DNA of 64,000 bases from a virus, in IMG/VR virus record IMGVR_UViG_3300005537_000024, positions 1-64,000 of that record. One strand, given 5' to 3'. Each line of letters starts with the position of its first letter. The stretch's first letter is position 1. Positions 25,756-35,096 of the stretch are shown here, piece after piece. Under the pieces are notes generated by a model, which was given only the letters and a program-made list of their open reading frames with translations, ran no database searches and was not told the origin of the DNA. Both the position numbers and the translations under genes were made by a program.

Positions 25756-25961
25756 TGTGGACGCTCTGGCTCGCCGCCGTCGGCCTCTCGTTCGCCGCCC
25801 TCGAGGCGTGGCGAATCCACACGGGCAAGCCGACCCTTTCCCGCGCGACGTGGGTTTTGAGTAAGCAGTGGCCCCCGCTACCTTGGCTCGTCGGCCTCGT
25901 CGTCGGGTTCCTGGCGGCGCATTTCTTTTGGATCGGCGAAGGGTGCGATCTGGTGAAATAG
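25755..25961 (+). CDS. Small two-TM membrane protein
   Basis: Hydrophobic; PTLS..W..LAAHFFW. Confidence 0.6.
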   Translation: MWTLWLAAVGLSFAALEAWRIHTGKPTLSRATWVLSKQWPPLPWLVGLVVGFLAAHFFWIGEGCDLVK

Positions 25962-26068
25962 AGCGATGATCATGTTCTGCCGGCGCGGGATCTGGTGGCC
26001 CACGGCCGCCTATTACAAGGCGCACAAGCCCGTGCGCGGCAAGTACCGGCGGCGATGGAGGAATTGAC

Positions 26069-26455
26069 GTGGCCTACGGCAACTGGGGCGCGTTCGTCTA
26101 CCGCAACGGCGACCGCATGAAGGACAACGAGGACGCCTCGCCCTTCCCGAAAAGGGAAGGCGACGGCTTTGTCGAGACGTTTCACGCCGTGCTCGGGAAC
26201 GGCCGCGTCCGCCTGATCGGCTACAAGCACACGCCGAAGGTCTACGTCGACGGCGTCGCCCTGAACATGGACCGGTTCGTGGTAGCTAAGCCCGGCGTCG
26301 ACAACGACGAGGAGTTCGTCGGCGAGGTGCAGGGCTACGAGTTCAAGGCCGCCCAGCACGATGGCAACATGGTCGACCTCTGGCTCAAGGAGCCGGACGG
26401 GACGCAGTGGAACGCGACCTGCGGCTACTGCTACGGCGCCGGGCACATGGACTGA
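26069..26455 (+). CDS. Hypothetical protein
   Basis: GGAGG RBS; 128 aa. Confidence 0.65.
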   Translation: MAYGNWGAFVYRNGDRMKDNEDASPFPKREGDGFVETFHAVLGNGRVRLIGYKHTPKVYVDGVALNMDRFVVAKPGVDNDEEFVGEVQGYEFKAAQHDGNMVDLWLKEPDGTQWNATCGYCYGAGHMD

Positions 26456-26468
26456 CGCGAGTTTGATC

Positions 26469-26963
26469 ATGCCCCGAGGGGGAAAGCGAAAAGGAGCGGG
26501 GGGCAAGCGCGGCCAGAAGAAGGGCACGCTCCAGAAGATCGACGAGGCCAACGTCCAGGAGCAGATCGCGGCCGCGCTCGCGACCGCCGAGAAGATGCGC
26601 AACGCGCGCAAGAAGCTCGCGAAGGAGGAGCTCGAGGACTTCGTCCCGATCCTGCGCGAGGTCGTGGCGCGGTTCCAGCGGCGGGCGATGCGGCCCGGGG
26701 AGGACGGGCGGGCGACCGCCGGACCGGACCAGACGCAGTTCGACCCCGGCGACTGGAAGATGCTCAAGGAGTGGATGGAGTTCTACGTCTACACGCTCGA
26801 CGCGCTCGCGGACTACCAGTCGCCGAAGTTCAAGGCGATCGCCGTGATGGCGCCGCCGCCCTCGGAGCCGGCGCCGGCCGAGCGCAAGGACAACGTCGTG
26901 CAGATCGACGACCCGGCCGCGCTCGCCCGGGTCTACCAGCGACGGATCACCGCGGCGCGCTGA
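26469..26963 (+). CDS. Putative terminase small subunit
   Basis: Basic MPRGGKRKGAGG N-terminus, LADYQSPKFKAI, upstream of TerL. Confidence 0.55.
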   Translation: MPRGGKRKGAGGKRGQKKGTLQKIDEANVQEQIAAALATAEKMRNARKKLAKEELEDFVPILREVVARFQRRAMRPGEDGRATAGPDQTQFDPGDWKMLKEWMEFYVYTLDALADYQSPKFKAIAVMAPPPSEPAPAERKDNVVQIDDPAALARVYQRRITAAR

Positions 26964-26979
26964 GCCGAAGGGAAGAACG

Positions 26980-27513
26980 ATGAGCACGCCGCCGCTATTG
27001 TCTAAGATGCTTGAGGTCACGGTTGGTGACCTGATCGTGCGGGAAACTCGAATTGTCGAGCCACGGACGAATTGCACCGTTGCGAGAAACTTCCCGAGCC
27101 GAGAGAAGGCCATCGCCGCGGCGCGAGAAATGAATGAGGTCGCGGATTGGGTAGGTGTGCTCAAGACGCGGGCCGAAGGAAAGCGGCCCAACTGCCAAGC
27201 GGAACTCAGACGCATCGCTGAAACGCATGGTGGATCGTTCGCCGAGAACGCCAATGTCGCTACCCACATGCTCTGTGCGGCCGTCGTCGAATCGATCGAA
27301 ACTGCTAAAGCGAGGGAATCGGTGAACAAGGCGAAGGAACCGCGAACCTGCGTCGAGTGCGGCAAGCCGTTCGTTTATCGGCACGTGCTCCAGAAGACCT
27401 GCTCGTCGGAGTGCTCGGCGGCGAACCGCGACAAGGTCATGAAGCGGGCGCGGGATCGGGCGCGCGAGAGGTTGAGGGAGATACGCGCCAAGGCGCAGGC
27501 AAAGCACGGATGA
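26980..27513 (+). CDS. Hypothetical protein with C-terminal Zn ribbon
   Basis: CVECGKPF...KTCSSEC; lower-GC 5' half. Confidence 0.6.
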   Translation: MSTPPLLSKMLEVTVGDLIVRETRIVEPRTNCTVARNFPSREKAIAAAREMNEVADWVGVLKTRAEGKRPNCQAELRRIAETHGGSFAENANVATHMLCAAVVESIETAKARESVNKAKEPRTCVECGKPFVYRHVLQKTCSSECSAANRDKVMKRARDRARERLREIRAKAQAKHG

Positions 27514-29171
27514 CCCTCCCGGCGGTCCGCGTCGACTGGAAAAACCCCGACTACGGCGCGATCATCCGCGTGCGGCTCGAAAACCTCGACCAGATTCGGG
27601 CGCACCCGGAGGACCTGCCGGCGCTCAAGGCATACTACCGCGAGAACCCCTGGGACTTCGTGAGCGACTTCGGATGGACGTTCGAGCCGCGCAACGTCGA
27701 GGTCGGCCTGCCGGCGATGATCCCGTTCGTCCTAATGCCGCGGCAGGTCGAGCTCGCGCGCTGGATGATCGACAAGTGGCGCGCGCGGTCGTCGGGCGCG
27801 GTCGAGAAGGCGCGCGACTGCGGGGCGACGTGGGTCGCGATCTCGCTCTCGTGCACGCTGTGCATATTCAACAGCGGCGTCACGGTCGGCTTCGGCTCCC
27901 GCAAGGCGGAGTACGTCGACAAGCTCGGGACGATGAAGCCCATCCTCCCGAAGGGGCGGATCTTCATGGAGAACCTGCCGGAGGAGTTCCGGGCGGGCTT
28001 CGTGCCGTGGCGCGACGCGCCCTCGATGCGGATCGGCTTCCCGGAGACCGGGTCGCTGATCACGGGCGAGGGCGGCGACGACATCGGCCGCGGCGACCGG
28101 ACCTCGATGTTCATCGTCGACGAGGCGGAGCACCTCGAGCGGCCGGACCTCGTCGAGTTCTCGCTGTCGCGGACGACGAACTGCCGGATCGACATGTCGT
28201 CGGTCAACGGGTCGGCGAACCCGATCGCGCGCAAGATCCTCGAGAAGCGGGTCGACGTGTTCTACTTCGACTGGCGGGACGACCTGCGGAAGGACGACGC
28301 GTGGTACGCGGCGGAGAGCGCGCGGCTCGACCCGGTCGTCGTGGCGCAGGAGATCGACCGCGACCGGTCGGCCTCGGTCTCGGGCATCGTCATCCCGGGC
28401 GCCTGGGTACGCTCGGCGATCGGGTTCCGCGAATGGGCCGGGCTCGGCCCGTCGGGCGAGTGGACGTTCGCGCTCGACGTGGCGGACGAGGGGCGGGACA
28501 AGAACGCCGCGGTGGGCGGGCGGGGCATCGAGATCAGCCTCGCCGAGGAGTGGAGCGGCAAGGGGTCGGATACTTTCGCGACCGTCGAGCGGGCGTTCGC
28601 GATCGCCGAGGAGCACGACTGCCGCCACTGGCGGTACGACGCCGACGGGATGGGCGCGGGGGTCCGCGGGGACGCGCGGGTGATCAACGAGCGCCGGAGG
28701 TCCCAGCGCCTGCCGGAGCACGCGGCCGTCGGTTTCCGGGGCTCGGAGGCCGTCTTCGACCCTGAGGGCGTCGTCGAGGGCACGACGGGCCGCGAGGGCG
28801 ACCCCGGGCGCCTCAACCAGGACTACTTCCTGAACCGGAAGGCGCAGGGCTGGTGGCGGCTCCGCAAGATGTTCCAGCGGACGCATAGGTGGCGGACGGA
28901 GAACGTTCGCTGCGGCGCCGACGAGGTCGTCTCGCTCGACCCGAGGATGCCGAACCTAAGCAAGCTCGTCGCGGAGCTCTCGCAGCCCACGTACGGGCAG
29001 AACATCGCCGGCAAGATGCTCATCAACAAGCGGCCGGACGGCATGCCGTCGCCGAACCTGGCGGACGGGGCGATGATGCGGTTCGCGCCGATCGACGCGC
29101 CCGGCGTCCTGTTCACGCAAGAGCACGTCAAGCAGCTCTACGCGGCGTCCCCGAAGCGGAGGAGGTACTAA
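27510..29171 (+). CDS. terL: Terminase large subunit
   Basis: EKARDCGATW Walker A variant, GRGDR..FIVDEA Walker B, ALDVADEG.D nuclease motif, SPNLAD. Confidence 0.93.
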   Translation: MTLPAVRVDWKNPDYGAIIRVRLENLDQIRAHPEDLPALKAYYRENPWDFVSDFGWTFEPRNVEVGLPAMIPFVLMPRQVELARWMIDKWRARSSGAVEKARDCGATWVAISLSCTLCIFNSGVTVGFGSRKAEYVDKLGTMKPILPKGRIFMENLPEEFRAGFVPWRDAPSMRIGFPETGSLITGEGGDDIGRGDRTSMFIVDEAEHLERPDLVEFSLSRTTNCRIDMSSVNGSANPIARKILEKRVDVFYFDWRDDLRKDDAWYAAESARLDPVVVAQEIDRDRSASVSGIVIPGAWVRSAIGFREWAGLGPSGEWTFALDVADEGRDKNAAVGGRGIEISLAEEWSGKGSDTFATVERAFAIAEEHDCRHWRYDADGMGAGVRGDARVINERRRSQRLPEHAAVGFRGSEAVFDPEGVVEGTTGREGDPGRLNQDYFLNRKAQGWWRLRKMFQRTHRWRTENVRCGADEVVSLDPRMPNLSKLVAELSQPTYGQNIAGKMLINKRPDGMPSPNLADGAMMRFAPIDAPGVLFTQEHVKQLYAASPKRRRY

Positions 29172-29398
29172 TGGCGAATACGACCCAGATGATCGAGTGG
29201 CTCCGCAAGCTGGCGGGCAAGCGCGACCGGCGGGGCGCGGTGCACGGCGTCGACGGGGTGAGCCTCGCTCGGATCGCCGACCGGCTCGAGGAGCTCTACG
29301 TCGACCGCAACCGCCTGATCGAGCAGCAGTACCAGCTCATGCGAAAGGCCGAGCTCCCGCGCCAGCCCCTCGACTTCGCCCCGCTCGAAAAGTCGTGA
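29171..29398 (+). CDS. Hypothetical protein
   Basis: TAATG-coupled; GGAGG RBS. Confidence 0.55.
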   Translation: MANTTQMIEWLRKLAGKRDRRGAVHGVDGVSLARIADRLEELYVDRNRLIEQQYQLMRKAELPRQPLDFAPLEKS

Positions 29399-29515
29399 GC
29401 GTGTATAAAACGGGACAGACGAGAGCCTTCGGTTGAAGGATGATGACAGGCAACCATACTGGGTTATAAGAAAGGGGAGCTGCCCTGCTTATGCTTCAGT
29501 CGTGGGAATGCCGGA

Positions 29516-29743
29516 ATGAGCGACTACGAGGACGACGTCAAGCGTCAGCCGACCGGTCCGCTTACGGAAAGGGAACTCCAGGAGATACGATACGGTTTCG
29601 AGCTAGACAGGGCCGGGAGGCTGTACAGGCGCCGGGCCGTGCTGTGGTTCAAATACGTCGGAGCGGGGATAGCCACGGCGGTCGCGGCCACCCAACTGCC
29701 GGACGGGATCGCCAAGGTCGTCAAGCTCCTCCTCGGAAAGTGA
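29516..29743 (+). CDS. Small membrane protein
   Basis: C-terminal hydrophobic segment. Confidence 0.5.
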   Translation: MSDYEDDVKRQPTGPLTERELQEIRYGFELDRAGRLYRRRAVLWFKYVGAGIATAVAATQLPDGIAKVVKLLLGK

Positions 29744-29750
29744 GGCTTGC

Positions 29751-30260
29751 ATGGACGCGTCGAAGGTTCTCCTAGTCTTCGACCCGACCCACGTCATCGG
29801 CAAGGCCGCCGCGCTCCTCGTCTCGATCGGCCTTAGCTTCCTCGGCATCACGTGGCTCGACCGCAGCAGCCCGGTCATCATAGCGGGGGGCGAGGTCCGC
29901 CCCGACACCGTGAGAGCCGGGAACTGGGCCGAGGTTTTCTGGCACATCCGCTGGAAATCGCACTGCTCGTCGGTTATCCTCAACCAACAGCTCGTGAGCC
30001 CGTCGGGCGCCGTCACGCCGCTGGAAAGCGTCAGGGTGGCGCAGGTCCAGCCGTCCAATTCGTTCGTCGAAGTCGGCCGGCCTTTTCATGTTCCGTGGAC
30101 GTGGACGGCCGGGACCGGGCGCTACGAGGCGACGGTGATCGCCGAGTGCAACCCCGTGCAGGCGCTGTTCCCGCTCACGGTCTCGGCGCCGAACGTGCCG
30201 TTCGCCGTGAAGGAGTCCCCGGTGACGACCCAGGAGCGGATGCTCGACCTCCCGCACTGA
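29751..30260 (+). CDS. Membrane-anchored beta-rich protein
   Basis: N-terminal TM, two Cys, Ig-like pattern (G.YEATV..CNP). Confidence 0.6.
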   Translation: MDASKVLLVFDPTHVIGKAAALLVSIGLSFLGITWLDRSSPVIIAGGEVRPDTVRAGNWAEVFWHIRWKSHCSSVILNQQLVSPSGAVTPLESVRVAQVQPSNSFVEVGRPFHVPWTWTAGTGRYEATVIAECNPVQALFPLTVSAPNVPFAVKESPVTTQERMLDLPH

Positions 30261-30322
30261 CTATCTTTCCGCGCCGGCTTGAATTACCCTAAGAATCAAG
30301 ATGAAAAACAGGGTAAGCCGAG

Positions 30323-30793
30323 ATGGCCAACAGCCACGGGGGGAAGCGCGTCGGCGCCGGCCGAAAAAGGAAACCTCAAGGGACTACGAAACCTCGAGGA
30401 ATCAAGCCTGACCACGGCGGCAGACGTGCGGGGGCCGGGCGCAAAGGCAAATACCCGAAGGTTGATGCGGATCGCGGTTCGCACGTTTACATCATTCACG
30501 AGGTTGACGCCGCAGACATATGCAAGATCGGTATCACAAACAACGTCGCTCATCGTCTTTCCGACCTACAGATCTCGAACTGGCGCCAGCTCGTCCTTGC
30601 CGCGACGGTTCCCGTCATAGCCCAGTCGGAGGCCCTCAAGATCGAGCGCTACGTGCACCAGATCTTCGCAGGGAAACGCCTTAACGGAGAATGGTTCCGC
30701 GTCACTGTCCAAGAGGCTCTGACGGCAATAGGCACCGCGATGGTAGAGATCGCGATCGAGCGAAGAACACCAAAACAGAGGGAGCTATTTTGA
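30323..30793 (+). CDS. GIY-YIG superfamily (T5orf172/Mug113-like) protein with basic repeats
   Basis: VYII..KIGIT..RLSDLQ...IERYVH...GEWF; two HGGxRxGAGRK repeats. Confidence 0.8.
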   Translation: MANSHGGKRVGAGRKRKPQGTTKPRGIKPDHGGRRAGAGRKGKYPKVDADRGSHVYIIHEVDAADICKIGITNNVAHRLSDLQISNWRQLVLAATVPVIAQSEALKIERYVHQIFAGKRLNGEWFRVTVQEALTAIGTAMVEIAIERRTPKQRELF

Positions 30794-31056
30794 TGTCGGC
30801 GGAGACGATGCTGCGCGAGGCGCTCGACCCGAAGAACTTCCCCCGGTGGGCGCAGGCGTGCCCGAAGTCGTTCGAGGAGATGCAGAAGTCGATCGCCAGG
30901 GCCGCGGTGATGATGGCGAAGCTCCCGCTCGCCGACAGTACGCGGGCGACCCTGACAATGACGCTCGGCGACGTGGCGGCGTCGTGCTGGGCCGCGGGCC
31001 AGCGGTCGGTCAAGGAGGGCAACCTCGACGTCGACGCCTTGCAGGGGAAGGGCTGA
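30793..31056 (+). CDS. Hypothetical protein
   Basis: TGATG-coupled at both ends. Confidence 0.55.
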   Translation: MSAETMLREALDPKNFPRWAQACPKSFEEMQKSIARAAVMMAKLPLADSTRATLTMTLGDVAASCWAAGQRSVKEGNLDVDALQGKG

Positions 31057-33263
31057 TGGCGAACGGGCACGGGGGCGCCCGCCCTGGCGCGGGGCGGAAG
31101 AAGGGATCGTCGCCGGCGAACGACAACAGGGGACAGCCGGAGAAACCCGCGTCCCCCCCTCAGCGCCTGGCCTCGTTCGAGGCGCTCGCGGCGCTCGTCG
31201 AGGCGAGCAGGGAGCGGGCCAAGACGCGCGAGCGGACGCGCGACTGGTGCCCGTTCAAGATCGCCGAGCACCCGCCGATGGCGATGCCCCGCAAAGAGCT
31301 CACGATGGCGATGGACGACGCCCTTATGGGGAACAACAACTGGGCCGCCGATTCGTGGATGGCCGGCGGCATGCTCTCGAGCGTGGCGTCGGAGGGCCTC
31401 CTGTTCCTCGGCTATCCTTTCCTCTCCGAGCTCGCGCAGCGCGCCGAGTACCGCATCATCTCGGAGACGATCGCGACGGAGCTGACCCGCAAGTGGGTGC
31501 GGTTCAAGGGGAAGGGGGACGCCGACAAGACCGACAAGATCAGCGAGCTGAACGACTTCCTCGACGACCTGAAGCTCCGCGACCGGTTCTGCGACATCGC
31601 CCTCCAAGACGGGGAGTTCGGCCGCTCGCACCTGTTCCTCGACCCCGGCGACGTGAGCGACGACGAGCTCAAGACGCCGATCGGGACGGGGCGCGACCGG
31701 ACGACGAAGGGCAAGCTCGGGACCGCGAAGGGCTGGCTCAAGTCGCTTAGGGTAATCGAGCCGCTATGGGTCTACCCGACGACCTACAACGCGCAGAACC
31801 CCCTCCGCGGCGACTGGTACAACCCGCAGGTCTGGTACGTGATGGGGCGCGAGATCCACCGGTCGCGCATCCCGACGTTCATAGGGCGCCCGGTCCCGGA
31901 CCTCCTCAAGCCCGCCTACTCGTTCGGCGGGCTCTCGCTCTCGCAGATGGCGAAGCCATACGTCGACATCTGGCTCCAGACGCGGGAGAGCGTCGCGGAG
32001 ATCGTCCGCTCGTTCTCGGTGATGGTCCTCGAGACGGACCTCGCCACGCGGCTGATGCCGGGGGGCGGCGGCGCGGCCGACGTGCTCGCGCGCGTCGCGG
32101 CGTTCAACGCGCTGCGCGACAACCAGGGCACGTTCGTCATCAACAAGAACACGGAGGGGTTCCAGAACGTCTCGGCGCCGCTCTCGGGCCTGCACGAGCT
32201 CCAGGCGCAGTCGCAGGAACACGTCGCCTCCGTCGCCCGCATCCCGCTCGTAAAGTATACGGGCATCGAGCCGTCGGGGCTCAACGCCTCGTCGGAGGGG
32301 TCGATCCGGACGTTCTACGACTCGATCGCGGCTTTCCAGCCGAAGCTGTTCGACCCGAACCTCGACTTCGTGATCGACGTGGCCATGATCACGCTCTGGG
32401 GCGAGCGCGACCCCGACATCGTCAAGGAGTACGTCCCGCTCCACTCGCTGACCGAGAAGGAGGAGGCCGAGCTCCGCAAGACGAACGCCGAGACCGCGCA
32501 GATCCATATCGACTCGGGCGTCCTATGGCAGGAGGAGGAGCGGGCGCGCGTCGCGAGCGACCCGCAGGGCCTCTACCCCGGCCTCGACCCCGAGGACGTG
32601 CCGGACCTCAAGGAGGAGGAGGAAGCGGGCCTCGTCCCGCCGGGCGCCGGCAAGGGGCTAGAAGCGGTCCTTGAGGAACCAGGGGAGCGCGGCGGCGAGG
32701 ACGCGGCCATCCTCCCTTTTGCCGAGGACGCTGAGTGGCGGGAAGGGGACCACCCGCGCGACGCGAGCGGCAAGTTCGGGGCCGGGGGCGGGCACGCTGC
32801 GGCAACCGCGTACAAGGAGCACGCCGCCGTCAATGAATGGCTCCGCGGCGAGCGAGACCCGTCGACCGGCTCGGCGAAGGAGAACAAGAAGATCATCGCT
32901 GAAATGGACGAGCTGATCGCGTCGAGCAAGACCGACAAGGCTCAGACGCTCTACCGCGGCTTCGGCGACGCCGACGTGGTGAAAAACGCTAGCGGCAAGG
33001 GCTACGTCCGCGACCCGGCATTCCTCTCGACCTCGACCGATGAGGGCATCGCGCGCGAGTTCGCCGGGTCGGGGTACGTAGCGGCGATCAAGGTCCCGGC
33101 AGGGACGAACGCCTATTCGTTCGGCGACGATGACCCGCAGAAAGAGGTAGTGCTACCGCGCCGGACGCGCCTAAAGATCTCTGGCGCCGACCACCAGAAG
33201 AAGATCCTTCACCTAACGCTGGTCGAGGCCCCCGCGGCGGCCGACGATGAAACGGAAGAATGA
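31056..33263 (+). CDS. Portal protein (DUF1073-type) fused to a C-terminal ADP-ribosyltransferase domain
   Basis: FLGYPFLSELAQRAEY, LKPAYSFGG.SL.Q, IPLVKYTGIEPSGLNASS portal motifs; C-terminal LYRG, FLSTS, QKEVVLPR (R-S-E ART). Confidence 0.9.
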   Translation: MANGHGGARPGAGRKKGSSPANDNRGQPEKPASPPQRLASFEALAALVEASRERAKTRERTRDWCPFKIAEHPPMAMPRKELTMAMDDALMGNNNWAADSWMAGGMLSSVASEGLLFLGYPFLSELAQRAEYRIISETIATELTRKWVRFKGKGDADKTDKISELNDFLDDLKLRDRFCDIALQDGEFGRSHLFLDPGDVSDDELKTPIGTGRDRTTKGKLGTAKGWLKSLRVIEPLWVYPTTYNAQNPLRGDWYNPQVWYVMGREIHRSRIPTFIGRPVPDLLKPAYSFGGLSLSQMAKPYVDIWLQTRESVAEIVRSFSVMVLETDLATRLMPGGGGAADVLARVAAFNALRDNQGTFVINKNTEGFQNVSAPLSGLHELQAQSQEHVASVARIPLVKYTGIEPSGLNASSEGSIRTFYDSIAAFQPKLFDPNLDFVIDVAMITLWGERDPDIVKEYVPLHSLTEKEEAELRKTNAETAQIHIDSGVLWQEEERARVASDPQGLYPGLDPEDVPDLKEEEEAGLVPPGAGKGLEAVLEEPGERGGEDAAILPFAEDAEWREGDHPRDASGKFGAGGGHAAATAYKEHAAVNEWLRGERDPSTGSAKENKKIIAEMDELIASSKTDKAQTLYRGFGDADVVKNASGKGYVRDPAFLSTSTDEGIAREFAGSGYVAAIKVPAGTNAYSFGDDDPQKEVVLPRRTRLKISGADHQKKILHLTLVEAPAAADDETEE

Positions 33264-34044
33264 GCGAACGCTGCGGCCCGTCCGCGCGAACGCGGGGATC
33301 GCCGCGGCCTACAGGCGCCGGATCGTCGCCCTCCTCGACGAGATGGCAGCGTCGTACGAGCACTGGATAGCGGCGCAGTACCGGGCGAAGCCCCCGGCGA
33401 TGGCGCAGGACGCGAGCGCGGCGAAGGAGCTAGAGCGCGAGCTGCGCAAGCTCGGGAAGCGCTGGCAGCGTCGCATCGACGAGGCGGCGCCGAAGCTCGC
33501 GGCGTGGTTCGCCCGGGCGGCGGAACTCCGGTCGGAGACAGCGCTGCGCAAGATCCTCCGGGACGCCGGGATCAGCGTCAAGTTCACGGTCACGAGGGAG
33601 ATGCGCGACGTACTCGACGCGACGGTCGCGCAGAACGTGTCGCTCATCCGCTCGATCCCGGAGCAATACCACACGGAAGTCGAGGGCCTGGTGATGCGCT
33701 CGGTCACGGCGGGGCGCGACCTCGAACAGCTGACCAAGGACCTCCGGAGGCGATACGATATTACGCAGCGCCGAGCAGTGCTGATCGCCAGGACACAAAA
33801 CGGAATGGCAACCGCTGCGATGACGCGGGCTCGACACACCGCAATAGGGATCGAGGAAGCTCTATGGCTACACTCTCATGCGGGGCGCGAGCCGAGGCCG
33901 ACTCACCTGGCCAACGACCGGAAAAAGTACAAAATTGCGGAAGGCTGGTACGATCCTGACCCCAAGGTCCGCCGTCACATTTGGCCTGGGGAATTGATCA
34001 ACTGCCGTTGCGTTCCAAAGCCGATCGTGAAGGGGTTCTCGTGA
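33247..34044 (+). CDS. MuF / SPP1 gp7-like minor head protein
   Basis: NVSLIRSIP, RAVLIARTQ, W.HS..PRPTH, PGELINCRC. Confidence 0.92.
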   Translation: MKRKNERTLRPVRANAGIAAAYRRRIVALLDEMAASYEHWIAAQYRAKPPAMAQDASAAKELERELRKLGKRWQRRIDEAAPKLAAWFARAAELRSETALRKILRDAGISVKFTVTREMRDVLDATVAQNVSLIRSIPEQYHTEVEGLVMRSVTAGRDLEQLTKDLRRRYDITQRRAVLIARTQNGMATAAMTRARHTAIGIEEALWLHSHAGREPRPTHLANDRKKYKIAEGWYDPDPKVRRHIWPGELINCRCVPKPIVKGFS

Positions 34045-34292
34045 TGTCGAGGAAGTGGGCCGGAGGCGACAAGCTGACGGACGCGTTCACTTACGATGAG
34101 CGCCTGCGCGTCGCGGCAGGCGACGAGCGGCCGGAGCACGACTGGCGGCCGTGGCCGGGACATGGGGTCCGGTTGCTCTGCGCGCGATGCGGCCTAGACT
34201 CGTTCCGCCTTTCGCTCCGCAACGTCATGTGCCTGCTCGACCGGGAAGTCGGTGCGAGGCGGGCGATGCGCAAGATGGACAAGCTACGGTGA
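34044..34292 (+). CDS. Hypothetical protein
   Basis: Coupled ORF; HDW..CARCG. Confidence 0.45.
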   Translation: MSRKWAGGDKLTDAFTYDERLRVAAGDERPEHDWRPWPGHGVRLLCARCGLDSFRLSLRNVMCLLDREVGARRAMRKMDKLR

Positions 34293-34410
34293 CCCTGCGG
34301 CTGCGGCGCGGCCGGCGGCGCGCGCGGCCCCGGGCGACGAGCGAGCGGTGGTCGAGGGAACGGCGGATCAAGCGCAAGCGCGTGAGGCGCGGAAAGGACG
34401 GGTGGAGGTC

Positions 34411-34632
34411 GTGAGCGACGAAGGTGGGGTGCCGAGGCTCGTAACGACGAAGCCGGAGACGGAGGTCGCCGCGGACCTCAAGCGGCGCCTCGAGGAGGCG
34501 TTCGAGCCGGTCGCGCGGCTTATGGACGAAGCCGCGGGGCACGGTTTCATGGTCCAGTGGGACTCGTTCTCGTCCGGGCCGCCGACGATGCGGAACGCCG
34601 TCCGCGGGCTCCGGCTCGTCAAGTATTTCTGA
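34411..34632 (+). CDS. Hypothetical protein
   Basis: GGAGG RBS, GTG start. Confidence 0.55.
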   Translation: MSDEGGVPRLVTTKPETEVAADLKRRLEEAFEPVARLMDEAAGHGFMVQWDSFSSGPPTMRNAVRGLRLVKYF

Positions 34633-34702
34633 TCGCTTCCCGCCGCGCGGGGGGCGTGTTAGACAGCGGACGGCGCCCGAATCCCGCCGGGGGTGAACGT
34701 CG

Positions 34703-35086
34703 ATGAAGAAGCTCGTCCTGACCGTGCCGATCCTCGCGGCCGTCGCCCTCACGTTCTTCGCCGTAGTGGGGCCGCCAGGCGCGCGGGCGCAGAACGGCCT
34801 CCGGCAGGTCCCGCTCGGGTTCTGCCCGCTGTCCTCGATGACCTCCTCGACGGGGCTCGCGAGCTGCTCGGGGGGCATCCCGGCCGGGACGACGTACGCG
34901 GTCATCTGCGCGTACACGGCCGGCATAGTCTGGCGGGACGACGGCACGGCTCCGACCGGGACGCCCGGGAGCGGCGGGCAGGGGCTCGGCGCGGGCTCGT
35001 GCATCCCGTACAACGGCACGTTCACGGCGATCCGCTTCATCCAGCAGGCCACCGGGGCGCTCCTCGGGGTCACATTCTACCAATAG
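34703..35086 (+). CDS. Signal-peptide beta-sandwich protein, paralogous to C-terminus of 61869-62363
   Basis: MKK-hydrophobic-ARA|Q; 4 Cys; WRDDGTAPT...IRFIQ..LGVTFY. Confidence 0.8.
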   Translation: MKKLVLTVPILAAVALTFFAVVGPPGARAQNGLRQVPLGFCPLSSMTSSTGLASCSGGIPAGTTYAVICAYTAGIVWRDDGTAPTGTPGSGGQGLGAGSCIPYNGTFTAIRFIQQATGALLGVTFYQ

Positions 35087-35096
35087 GTCCCCGCAC

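Noticed and set aside
31056-32600. Anti-CBASS Acb1 call sometimes given to DUF1073 proteins
   Set aside because: No paired HxT/S 2H-phosphoesterase motifs seen; position and motifs fit a portal
34289-34414. Protamine-like Arg-rich 41-aa ORF
   Set aside because: GTGA-coupled but its composition is indistinguishable from GC-rich shadow frames; not supportable
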